A DNA stretch of 64,000 nt. Origin: Candidatus Lustribacter sp. Lineage in GTDB: Bacteria > Vulcanimicrobiota > Vulcanimicrobiia > Vulcanimicrobiales > Vulcanimicrobiaceae. The notes beneath the pieces were generated by a model. That model was not told where the DNA came from and did no database searches. It saw only the letters and a list, made by a program, of their open reading frames with translations. Shown here piece by piece: positions 1 to 8,407 of this stretch (its first letter is position 1; each line of letters opens with the position of its first letter). The stretch lies in assembly GCA_965277805.1 (NCBI GenBank), contig OZ255842.1, positions 5,408,001 to 5,472,000 of the forward strand, given 5' to 3'. A program made the translations under genes and the position numbers.

Positions 1-551
1 CGGAAGAGCGCGACCAGCGCGCGAACTCGCCGCTCTTCGATAGCGAAGCCGAGATCACGGCACGCGTCGGCGCGATGCGCACGCATTGGATGTTCGGCGT
101 GCGCAACCTGACGATCTTCCCGAATATGCAGCTCGCCGATAATGCAGCGGTGCAACTGCGCATCATCCGCCCGCTGGCTGCGAACAAAACCGAGATGCGA
201 ACGTTCTGCGTGGCGCCGGTCGGCGAGCCGGCTGACGCGCGCCGGCGGCGCATCCGGCAGTACGAAGATTTCTTCAACCCCAGCGGTCTCGCGACGCCCG
301 ACGACAACGTGTGCTATGAAGATTGTCAGACCGGACACGGGGGCGGCGAGTGGCTGCAGGGCTACATGCGCGGGCTCGACATCCTCACGCACGAACCGAA
401 CCGTTTCGCTGCCGAGCTCAACATCACGCCGGTGGCAAACGTGACGGCCAAGTGGGGCATGCACGACGAGACGCTCTTCCAGGCCAACTACCGCGAGTGG
501 GCGCGACTCTTGCGCAGCGGACTCGAGCGCGAACCGGCCGGCATCGCGTGA
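1..551 (+). CDS. Rieske aromatic ring-hydroxylating dioxygenase alpha subunit, C-terminal part (BenA/AntA-like; 5' truncated by window)
   Basis: Frame open from position 3; RNLTIFPN...IIRPLA...RRRIRQYEDFFNPSGLATPDD matches the benzoate/anthranilate dioxygenase alpha C-terminus. Confidence 0.9.
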   Translation, partial: EERDQRANSPLFDSEAEITARVGAMRTHWMFGVRNLTIFPNMQLADNAAVQLRIIRPLAANKTEMRTFCVAPVGEPADARRRRIRQYEDFFNPSGLATPDDNVCYEDCQTGHGGGEWLQGYMRGLDILTHEPNRFAAELNITPVANVTAKWGMHDETLFQANYREWARLLRSGLEREPAGIA

Positions 552-1045
552 TCGCGACCGAGCGGACCGGAGCGGCGGAACTCCTCTATCGCGAAGCGCT
601 CTGCCTCGACGAGCAACGCTGGGATGAGTGGCTTGCGCTCTACCTGGAAGATGCGGTGTTCTGGGTGCCGGCCTGGATCGGTGCGCACGAACTCACCTCA
701 TCGCCCGACACGCAACTTTCGCTGATCTACTGCGATTCGCGCAAACGGCTCGAAGACCGCGTATGGCGCGTGCGTTCGGAACTGTCGGTCGCCTCGCGGC
801 CGTTGCCGCGCACGGTCCACGCGGTGAACAACGTGCTCGTCGTCGACGAACGCGACGAGCGGCTCGACGTGCGCGCGAGCTGGTCAGTCCACAGCTACGA
901 CACCGCGCGCACGCGCCAAGACGTTACCTTCGGCCGCTACCAATACGAACTGCGCACCATCGAGGGCGCCCTGCGCATCGCGCGCAAAAAGATCATCCTC
1001 GCCGACGACCGCATCGCGACGATGCTGGATTTCTACTCGGTCTGA
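548..1045 (+). CDS. Aromatic ring-hydroxylating dioxygenase beta subunit (BenB-like)
   Basis: GTG at 548 overlaps the upstream stop (GTGA); LLYREALCLDEQRWDEWL..FWVP..SLIY..LEDRV..IARKKI. Confidence 0.9.
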   Translation: MIATERTGAAELLYREALCLDEQRWDEWLALYLEDAVFWVPAWIGAHELTSSPDTQLSLIYCDSRKRLEDRVWRVRSELSVASRPLPRTVHAVNNVLVVDERDERLDVRASWSVHSYDTARTRQDVTFGRYQYELRTIEGALRIARKKIILADDRIATMLDFYSV

Positions 1046-1059
1046 CGCTCGGGATGACA
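1046..1059. repeat. Isolated REP-like half site (CGCTCGGGATGACA)
   Basis: Exact reverse complement of TGTCATCCCGAGCG at 6207-6220; lies in the 17-bp gap between convergent genes. Confidence 0.6.
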
Positions 1060-1062
1060 GGG

Positions 1063-1575
1063 CTACCGCAGCGCGATCATTCCGATGATGGCGGCAGCGA
1101 GGATGACGAGTGAGGTGTTGATGCGCGTCCAGAGCATCGCTGCGGCGGCGCCCGCGGCGAGGACGTAACTGAGCGGAGTTTCCAGCGCACCGCGGCTGAG
1201 CAGCGTTACGCCGACCCATGTCAGGCCCAGGACCACGGGGATCATCGCGCGGGCGAAGATCTTGCGCCACGGATGATCGTGCACGCGATCGTAGAGCATC
1301 ACGATGATGTACACGATCAACGCGGCCGGGAGAAACATCGCGAACGCGCCGATCGCGGCGCCCGGAAAACCGCCGACTGCGTAGCCGATCAGCGCGGTGA
1401 TGGTGGTGCCTGGACCCGGTGCGAGCCGGGCGAGCGCGAAGTAGCGGGAGAACTCGGCGGCCGTCACCCAGTGGTAGACGTCGACCGACTCGGTGTAAAG
1501 CTGCGGGAACACGGCGTTCCCGCCGCCGAAACCGAGCATCGACAAAATCGCGATCACCCACGCCATGCGCGCCAC
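1063..1575 (-). CDS. Short-chain chromate ion transporter (CHR family), subunit 2
   Basis: GFGGG and LARLAPGPG CHR motifs; about 5 hydrophobic helices. Confidence 0.85.
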   Translation of the reverse strand: MARMAWVIAILSMLGFGGGNAVFPQLYTESVDVYHWVTAAEFSRYFALARLAPGPGTTITALIGYAVGGFPGAAIGAFAMFLPAALIVYIIVMLYDRVHDHPWRKIFARAMIPVVLGLTWVGVTLLSRGALETPLSYVLAAGAAAAMLWTRINTSLVILAAAIIGMIALR

Positions 1576-1576
1576 C

Positions 1577-2143
1577 TCAGACCTCCTTGCGCAGCACGAC
1601 GCTGGCGATCGAGATCGGGAGGAAGGCCAAGAAGACGAGTGCGAGGCTGAAGTGGAAGCGAATCACGCAGATCGCCACGGCCACGATAACGGCGAGATCC
1701 GAAATCTTGCTGCGAAACGGCCAATTGAGCTGGAGCGCATTGGCGAACAGCGTACCGAGTGCGGCAGCCGCTGCGCCACGTAGCGCCGCGCGCAAGAGCG
1801 CCATGTGCGGATCGAGCGAGAGTACCGCGAGCGCCATCAGGACGAAGAATCCGGGCACCGTTTCGGCAATCAGCGCGACGATGAAGCCCGGCGTTCCGGC
1901 GAGCCGTTTGCCTGCGATGCACGCAATCGATACAGGCAAGCCGCCCGGGCATACTTGCGCCAACGCATAGATGTCGAGAAACTCACGCTCATCGAACCAG
2001 CCGCGCTGCGCGCACTCCCGGCGCAGCATGGCGATGGCGGCCCCGCCGAACGCGGTCGCCGAAATGCGGCCGAAGACGATGGCAATATCCAGCAAGGAGG
2101 CGCGCGGAGGCGTCCCCGCTACTGTTGCGGCTTTAGTTGTCAT
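1577..2143 (-). CDS. Short-chain chromate ion transporter (CHR family), subunit 1
   Basis: AFGG...EFLDIYALAQVCPGG CHR motif; tandem with 1063-1575. Confidence 0.85.
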   Translation of the reverse strand: MTTKAATVAGTPPRASLLDIAIVFGRISATAFGGAAIAMLRRECAQRGWFDEREFLDIYALAQVCPGGLPVSIACIAGKRLAGTPGFIVALIAETVPGFFVLMALAVLSLDPHMALLRAALRGAAAAALGTLFANALQLNWPFRSKISDLAVIVAVAICVIRFHFSLALVFLAFLPISIASVVLRKEV

Positions 2144-3124
2144 CTACGATATCGCGTGCCAAATAATCTCCGGCGCTTGCACGGGTTGGGCCATGGCGCC
2201 CCATCGTAGGCCGGCGTCGAGGACCGGTTGTACGAGTTTCGCTTCGAGGGATGCCGGGAAGAGCGAGCGCGCCATGCCGTGGACGCGGTCGGCCGGGATC
2301 TTCGTAATCGTCGACACGATCGCGGCGGATTCATCGTGGTGCGCGTTCGCCCAGCGGCCCGCTTCGTAGAGCACGCCGGCAAATTTACGCGCGGTGTCGG
2401 GATTCGCGTCGAGCCAGTCTTTCTTCGCGAACCAGCAGTTGAAGTAGAACGAACGTCCGATCGCGGTGAAGGTCTGCGCGAGCCAGCGCACGTCGTTCTT
2501 CGCGCCGCTGAGAAACGGTTCGCCGACGACGCCGGCGGCGATCGTCCCGCGCGATAGCGCTGCCGGGACCGTGGCAAAACTCATCTCGACGAACTTCACG
2601 CTCGCGGGATCGCCGCCGTTCTGACGTAGCCATTCCTTGACGCTCACCGTCGGCAAACCGTCGAGCGAGACGACGCCGATCGATTGGCCGTTGAGATCGC
2701 GCGCGTTCTTCACGTTGCCGGCGGGCGCCACGCAGAGCACGATCGTCGGATGGTTCGCGTCGTAGAGTGCGCCGCCGGCGAAGATGCGGAACGCGATCCC
2801 GCGCCCGATCGCGTTGGCGATCTGGGTCGGATCGCTTGCGGTGACGTCGAGGCTGCCGCCGGCGATCGCGGGCAGTGCCGTCGAGAGCACCGGCAGCGCT
2901 TGGATGTCGACGTCGATGCCGGCGCGTGCGAACAAGCCCAGTTCGCGCGCGAAGAACGGCGCGAGAAACGACTCGGACGTTCCGGTTCCGAGCCGGAGCG
3001 TGCGCGATTGCGCCCGTATGATGGCCGGCAATCCGAACGGCACCACAGCGCCCAGCGCAGCAAGCGCGCCGCGGCGGGTGACAAGCGTTCGCGCGCGCGA
3101 TGTGCGAAGAGAGCGATGATGCAT
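2144..3124 (-). CDS. Solute-binding protein, SsuA/TauA/THI5 (NitT/TauT) family, Tat-like signal
   Basis: TRRGAL signal; ELGLFARAGIDV, DLNGQSIGV, EPF, WLDANPD...WANAH pattern. Confidence 0.85.
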   Translation of the reverse strand: MHHRSLRTSRARTLVTRRGALAALGAVVPFGLPAIIRAQSRTLRLGTGTSESFLAPFFARELGLFARAGIDVDIQALPVLSTALPAIAGGSLDVTASDPTQIANAIGRGIAFRIFAGGALYDANHPTIVLCVAPAGNVKNARDLNGQSIGVVSLDGLPTVSVKEWLRQNGGDPASVKFVEMSFATVPAALSRGTIAAGVVGEPFLSGAKNDVRWLAQTFTAIGRSFYFNCWFAKKDWLDANPDTARKFAGVLYEAGRWANAHHDESAAIVSTITKIPADRVHGMARSLFPASLEAKLVQPVLDAGLRWGAMAQPVQAPEIIWHAIS

Positions 3125-3171
3125 GAAGACTCCTCGCCCGCGTCTTGTACGGGCCCGCAGGGGCCCCCTGG

Positions 3172-3672
3172 ATGAACGGCTTCACGGAACGTCCCACCAC
3201 GGTGGATGACGCCGCGTGGATCGTCGCGCTCTACGCGGCACCGCACGCGCGTCCGTTCATGCAGCAGCCCACCGAGGACGCTGTGCGCTCCCAAGTTGGA
3301 CGCGACGGCCTGGCCGAGCGAATCGTGCTCGACGCGGCCGGCAAACGCATCGCGATCTGGCGCGCCAAAATCGAAGAGCCCTGGCTCGTGGAAATCCACA
3401 CTTTGGCCGTCGCCCGGCCGGGCGCCGGGGCCGGTTCGTGGTCGCTGCGGCGCGCCTTGGCTTGGGCATTCGAGGAACAGAGCGTGCACAAAGCCTTCTT
3501 GTACGTCACCGCAGCCAATGCGCGCGCGCGGGCGTTATACGAGCGGCACGGACTGCGCTGGGAGGGCACGCATCGCGACGGCTTCCGCGCTCCCGACGGC
3601 ACGTTCGAAGACCTCATGCACTACGGCATACTCGATCGCGAGTACGCAGCCTGGAGAACGACAGTTTTATGA
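3172..3672 (+). CDS. GNAT N-acetyltransferase (RimJ/RimL-like)
   Basis: GAGAGS..LAWAFEE..N.RARALYERHG..EG..R..DG.FED...YGILDREY. Confidence 0.85.
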   Translation: MNGFTERPTTVDDAAWIVALYAAPHARPFMQQPTEDAVRSQVGRDGLAERIVLDAAGKRIAIWRAKIEEPWLVEIHTLAVARPGAGAGSWSLRRALAWAFEEQSVHKAFLYVTAANARARALYERHGLRWEGTHRDGFRAPDGTFEDLMHYGILDREYAAWRTTVL

Positions 3673-4532
3673 CCGCATCATCCTCGACACCGGCAGCGGC
3701 AGCGGGCACGCTCACGATCGGCGGCGATCTCACCGTCAACCGGATGGGCTTCGGTGCGATGCGCATCGTCGGCAAGGGGATCTGGGGCTGGCCCGCGGAT
3801 CGCGAAGCGGCCAAGAACGTGTTGCGCCATGCGGTTGCGAGCGGCGTGAATTTCATCGACACCGCCGATTCGTATGGTCCGGATGTCAGCGAAGAATTGA
3901 TCGCCGAAGCGCTGGCGCCGTATCCGGCCGGCCTCGTCATTGCGACCAAGGGCGGCCTGACGCGCAGCGGTCCGGACGAGTGGGCCGCGGACGGGCGCCC
4001 GGAGCACTTGCGCGCCGCGCTCGAAGGAAGTCTGAAGAAACTGCGCGTCGACTGCATCGATGTCTATCAGTTTCACCGGCCCGATCCGAAGGTGAAGTAC
4101 GCCGAATCGATCGGGGCGCTAGCCGAGATGCAGCAGGCCGGAAAAATTCGTCATATCGGTGTCTCCAACGTCAGCGTCGCGCAATTGGCGCAGGCGCGCG
4201 CGATCGTGCGGATCGTCTCGGTGCAGAATCGCTACAATTTCGAGGACCGTTCGTCGGAAACGGTACTCGACGCGTGCACGAAAGACGGGCTCGCCTTTCT
4301 GCCGTGGGCGCCCGTCGGGGGCGCGTCGCCGATGCGCGAGAAGACGATCGCGCGGCTGGCCAAGGGACATCATGCGACGGGCTTGCAGATCGCGCTCGCG
4401 TGGCTGCTCAAGCGCTCTCCGGTGATGCTCCCGATTCCGGGTACGGGCTCCATCGCGCATCTCGATGAGAACATCGCCGCCGCCGCCATCCAACTGAGCG
4501 ACGAAGAGTTCCGCGCATTGGACAAGGGCTAA
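3669..4532 (+). CDS. Aldo/keto reductase
   Basis: RMGFGAM, FIDTADSYG, IATKGG, IDVYQFH, GVSN, PIPGT; ATGA overlap with GNAT. Confidence 0.95.
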   Translation: MTASSSTPAAAAGTLTIGGDLTVNRMGFGAMRIVGKGIWGWPADREAAKNVLRHAVASGVNFIDTADSYGPDVSEELIAEALAPYPAGLVIATKGGLTRSGPDEWAADGRPEHLRAALEGSLKKLRVDCIDVYQFHRPDPKVKYAESIGALAEMQQAGKIRHIGVSNVSVAQLAQARAIVRIVSVQNRYNFEDRSSETVLDACTKDGLAFLPWAPVGGASPMREKTIARLAKGHHATGLQIALAWLLKRSPVMLPIPGTGSIAHLDENIAAAAIQLSDEEFRALDKG

Positions 4533-4545
4533 TCTGAAAGAGCTC

Positions 4546-5112
4546 GTGCGCTGCGCGTGGGCGACCTCGTCGCCGCTGCTGCAGAGTTACCACGATCGGG
4601 AGTGGGGCGTTCCCGTGCACGACGACGCCGTGCTCTTCGAATTCATCACGCTCGAGGGCGCGCAGGCGGGCTTGAGCTGGGAAACCGTGTTGCGCAAACG
4701 CGAGCGGTATCGCGCGGTCTTCGCGAATTTCGATCTGGCGAAGGTCGCGCGGTTCACGCCCGCGCGCATCGAGAAGATCGTGCTCGATCCCGGCGTGATC
4801 CGCCATCGCGGAAAAATCGAATCGGTCGTATCGAACGCGCGCGCGATCCTTGCGATCGTCAAGGAGTTCGGCTCGTTCGATGCCTACCTCTGGGGCTTCA
4901 CCGGCGGCAAGCCGATCGTCGACCGGCCGAAGACGATGGCGCAGGTGCCGGCGATCACCCCGCTGGCCGAAGCCTTGAGTAAGGATTTGCGAAAGCGCGG
5001 CCTGCGCTTCGTCGGCCCGACGATCGTCTACGCGTTCATGCAGGCCGTCGGCATCGTCAACGATCACCTAGCGACCTGCGCGTTTCGCGACCCGGCACGC
5101 CGGCGTCGCTGA
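4546..5112 (+). CDS. tag: DNA-3-methyladenine glycosylase I
   Basis: RCAW..YHDREWGVP..LEGAQAGLSWETVL.KR..FVGPTIVYAFMQAVGIVNDH. Confidence 0.95.
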   Translation: MRCAWATSSPLLQSYHDREWGVPVHDDAVLFEFITLEGAQAGLSWETVLRKRERYRAVFANFDLAKVARFTPARIEKIVLDPGVIRHRGKIESVVSNARAILAIVKEFGSFDAYLWGFTGGKPIVDRPKTMAQVPAITPLAEALSKDLRKRGLRFVGPTIVYAFMQAVGIVNDHLATCAFRDPARRRR

Positions 5113-5153
5113 CGCGCCAGGAGTTCCGCCGCTCCCGGTCCTAAGTGCTCTCC

Positions 5154-6170
5154 ATGGCACGCGTTTGTTCCGTTATCGCTACGTCCCACTCACCGTTCTT
5201 GTACGCGCCGTCCGAGGAATGGGAGCCCGGTCGCGCCGAGCGTCTCAAGCGCGGGGGCTGGTCGACCGACACGCCCATCGATTCGGTTGAGGAGAACGCG
5301 CGCAAAGAAGCTCGCATCAAGGCCGCGTTCGGCGTACTGCGCGAACGTCTCAACGCGGCGAAGCCCGACGTGCTCTTGATTTTCGGCGACGATCAGCTCG
5401 AGCAGTTCAACTTCAAGAACTTCCCTGCGCTCTCGCTCTACGTTGGCGAGGCGTTCGAGGGCTACAAAATCTCGCGCATGATCGGTCTCCCGGTGATGCC
5501 GGGCCGCAAAGTGCGCGAGAAGACGCCCGATACGTGGGTGAAGGTGCAGAGCCATCCGGAATTTTCGCACGCGCTGATCCGCGAGCTGATGATCGACGGC
5601 TTTGACCTCGCCTTCAGCAACGAGCTCTCCGACACGGAAGAGGGCATGGGCCATGCGTTCATGCGGCCGCTGTACTATCTCGATCCCGAGTATAAGCTGC
5701 CGATGGTCCCGTTCTCGGTGAACTGCTACTTCGGCCCGCAGCCGACCGGAAAGCGCTGCTACCAGCTCGGACGCGCCGTGCGCGCGGCGATCGAACGGAT
5801 TCCGCTCGACCTCAACGTCGCGGTCATCGGATCGGGTGGGCTGTGGCACTTGCCGAATTACCCGAATTCGTGGATCGACGAATCGTTCGACCAGACGATT
5901 CTCGCCGGCATCAAGTCGGGCGAAGCGCAAAAGACGGCCGAGTATTTCGACACCGTGCAACTCCCCTACGATCCGGCGAAGAAAGACAGCGTGAAGCTTG
6001 CCAGCGGCGGCACCGGGATTCTGCTCGGCGTCGGCGGCGGGACCGGCGAAACGCGCAACTGGATTGTCGCAGCCGCCGTCGCCGACGGCCGACCCGGCAC
6101 AGTCGTCGACTACATCCCCGTCTACGCCTCACCAATCGGCGTAAGCTTCGCCTACTGGGACAATCCGTAG
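5154..6170 (+). CDS. Class III extradiol ring-cleavage dioxygenase catalytic subunit (LigB/MhpB-like)
   Basis: TSHSP, IFGDDQ.E.F, GHAF, GSGGLWH, GE.RNWI motifs. Confidence 0.85.
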   Translation: MARVCSVIATSHSPFLYAPSEEWEPGRAERLKRGGWSTDTPIDSVEENARKEARIKAAFGVLRERLNAAKPDVLLIFGDDQLEQFNFKNFPALSLYVGEAFEGYKISRMIGLPVMPGRKVREKTPDTWVKVQSHPEFSHALIRELMIDGFDLAFSNELSDTEEGMGHAFMRPLYYLDPEYKLPMVPFSVNCYFGPQPTGKRCYQLGRAVRAAIERIPLDLNVAVIGSGGLWHLPNYPNSWIDESFDQTILAGIKSGEAQKTAEYFDTVQLPYDPAKKDSVKLASGGTGILLGVGGGTGETRNWIVAAAVADGRPGTVVDYIPVYASPIGVSFAYWDNP

Positions 6171-6210
6171 CTTATATTTGTCAGCTTATATTTGTCAGGT
6201 TATATTTGTC
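6169..6210 (+). repeat. AT-rich 14-bp tandem repeat x3 (AG[C/G]TTATATTTGTC)
   Basis: Units at 6169-6182, 6183-6196 and 6197-6210, one mismatch. Confidence 0.9.
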
Positions 6211-6410
6211 ATCCCGAGCGAAGTGCCGAAGGCACGTAGACGAGGAATGCGAGAAAACCTTGGCGGTTAGCGTGCGACCGCGAAGGCGGGAGCAGTGGAA
6301 TCAGAAAAACGAATTCATGTAACCACTGCTCGCGCCTTCGCGCTCGCACTCGATAAGGAGATGGTGGCGTGTTCCTCGTCTACGCGCTGCGCGCTCCGCT
6401 CGGAATGACA
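6207..6410. repeat. Nested inverted-repeat element (REP/REPIN/MITE-like)
   Basis: Outer arms TGTCATCCCGAGCG...CGTAGACGAGGAA (6207-6247) and TTCCTCGTCTACG...CGCTCGGAATGACA (6372-6410); inner 27-bp arms 6272-6298 and 6323-6349 with 2 mismatches. Confidence 0.8.
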
Positions 6411-6433
6411 CGTGCGGGAAGCCGCGACTTTCT

Positions 6434-7288
6434 TCAGCCCAATAGGCGTTTTAGGAATGTGGCGTGGTTCCAGGAATTGGATTGGCCGTATTTTACGATG
6501 ACGGCGCGTTCGGTGGGGATGATGTACATGGCTTGGCCCCCGGAGCCGCTGGCGTGTACGATGCCGGGCGGTGTGGGGAGCGGGGCTAGCCACCAGCCGA
6601 GTCCGTAGCGCGGGTTGGCGGTCGAGCCCGTGAAGCAGGGCGCGAGCGACACTTCGCTCACGAGCGCCTGGCTGTTGTGGTGCGCGCGGTCGAGGATGAA
6701 GCGGCCGTATTTCGCCCATTCGCGCGCGGCCAGAAACGCGCCGGTCGGAAGCGGCTGCGTGCCGTCTTTCAGCGAGCGCCACGATCCGATGCGCACGCCG
6801 ATCGGGTCGAGGAGCCGCGTGCGCAGATACTCGTGTGGTGTGAGCTTACGCGCGGCGAGCTTGCGCGCGAGTACCGCGCCGAAGACTTGCAGCGGAATGC
6901 CGCCGTAGGTGAATTTTTCACCGGGCTCGTCTTTGATCGGCGTCTCGAGCGCGCGCTCGTATACCGGTACCGCCGCGCCCAAGCCGCCGAAGCCGATGCC
7001 GCTGGTGAGCGCCAGCAATTCGCGCAGCGTGACGCGCGCGCGGCGCGGGTCGACGGCCCATTCGGGGATCGTGTGCGCGACGGTCTCGTCGAAATCGAGC
7101 AGCCCGTCGTCGTGCGCGGCGGCCGCGGTGACGCCCCAGAAGCTCTTTGTGCCGCTGTAGAGCGCGTGCGGCTTGGCGGCATCGTAGCCGTTTGCGTACT
7201 GCTCGAGGACGACGGCGCCGTCGACTTCGATCAGCAGCGCGTGCAGGGTGTGCCGCTCGGCGTAGGCGAGCGCGGCTTCCGGATTCAT
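6434..7288 (-). CDS. Serine hydrolase, beta-lactamase-related family
   Basis: SxxK (YSGTKS), LLALTSG, PGEKFTYGG, ASGSGGQ. Confidence 0.85.
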   Translation of the reverse strand: MNPEAALAYAERHTLHALLIEVDGAVVLEQYANGYDAAKPHALYSGTKSFWGVTAAAAHDDGLLDFDETVAHTIPEWAVDPRRARVTLRELLALTSGIGFGGLGAAVPVYERALETPIKDEPGEKFTYGGIPLQVFGAVLARKLAARKLTPHEYLRTRLLDPIGVRIGSWRSLKDGTQPLPTGAFLAAREWAKYGRFILDRAHHNSQALVSEVSLAPCFTGSTANPRYGLGWWLAPLPTPPGIVHASGSGGQAMYIIPTERAVIVKYGQSNSWNHATFLKRLLG

Positions 7289-7297
7289 CGCGCGCGG

Positions 7298-8404
7298 CTA
7301 GGCGATGTGCGGGAGCACCGACACGTGGATCGCGCCGGGATCGCCCTGGCCGCCGACGGTTTGGATCGCTTCTTCGGTTGCATCGAGGGTGAACGTGTGT
7401 GTGGCGAGCTTGTGGAGCGGGTAGCGCCCGGATTCGAGCAGCGCGATGCCTTTCTTGATCTCGCGCGACGTTCGGCCGCGCACGCCGCGCACGGTCAGCT
7501 CTTTGAGAAAGAGCAAGTCCGGTTCGAAATTCGCGGCGAGCCCGTGCGCTTCACCGGCAACGACGATCGTGCCGCCCATCGTCGCGAGGTGCGCGCCTTG
7601 CTGCAGCGCGCCGGGGAAGTATGCCGTCACGTTGATCACGGTGTCGGCCATCCGTCCATCCGTCAACTCGCTCACGTGCGCGACGACGTCGTCCACCGCG
7701 TCGACGTCGATCGTGTGGTGGGCGCCGAATTCCCGCGCCAGCGCGAGCCGTTCGGCATCGCGGGCGCGGCCGGTCACGATGATGTTCGCGGCGCCGGCTT
7801 CTTTCGCCGCGATGGTGCAGGCCAAGCCCTGGCCGCCCGGGCCCTGAATGACGACGGTGCTGCCGATGCCCACACCGCCCTCGAGGTGGGTCCAGCGAAT
7901 ACCGTTCGCCAGCGGTACGAAGAACGGCGCGATGTTCGTCGGCACGTCCTCGGCAAGTTTGTGGATGATCGCCTGCGGATCGAGATAGACGTACTCGCTG
8001 TAGCCGCCCCACAGGCCGGGCGCCGTATCGAGGCTCGTGAAGCCGTACATCTTTTCCATCTTCATGCCGCTGCAGATGTAGTAGCGCCCCGAGAGGCAGT
8101 ACGCACAGTGTCCACACGGCGCGTACTCTTCCATCACGATGCGGTCGCCTTCGTTAACGCCCCAGCGCGCGGCCGCGCGTTTCCCGATGCGCTCGATGCG
8201 CGCGACGATCTCGTGACCCGGAATGAGCGGCGGCGGCGCAAACTTCGCGAGGTCGCCGGTGTAGATCGGCCAGTCGGCGCCGCAAACGCCGGTGATCTCG
8301 ATTTTCGCGAGGCCCGAGTTCTCGTCGATCTCCGGCAATGCGAACTCGCGCAGTTCGATCGTGCGCGGCGCGAGCAACAACGCCGCTAGCGTTTTTGCAG
8401 CCAT
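7298..8404 (-). CDS. Zinc-dependent medium-chain alcohol dehydrogenase
   Basis: GVCGAD, PGHE, CGHCAYC...C structural Zn site, GPGGQG. Confidence 0.92.
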   Translation of the reverse strand: MAAKTLAALLLAPRTIELREFALPEIDENSGLAKIEITGVCGADWPIYTGDLAKFAPPPLIPGHEIVARIERIGKRAAARWGVNEGDRIVMEEYAPCGHCAYCLSGRYYICSGMKMEKMYGFTSLDTAPGLWGGYSEYVYLDPQAIIHKLAEDVPTNIAPFFVPLANGIRWTHLEGGVGIGSTVVIQGPGGQGLACTIAAKEAGAANIIVTGRARDAERLALAREFGAHHTIDVDAVDDVVAHVSELTDGRMADTVINVTAYFPGALQQGAHLATMGGTIVVAGEAHGLAANFEPDLLFLKELTVRGVRGRTSREIKKGIALLESGRYPLHKLATHTFTLDATEEAIQTVGGQGDPGAIHVSVLPHIA

Positions 8405-8407
8405 CGG

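Noticed and set aside
6169-6410. Possible CRISPR array or IS element
   Set aside because: Repeats are contiguous 14-mers without spacers; no cas or transposase gene in the window
6677-8389. 570-aa plus-strand ORF
   Set aside because: Antisense shadow of the dehydrogenase and serine hydrolase genes; no motifs; such ORFs are expected in high-GC DNA
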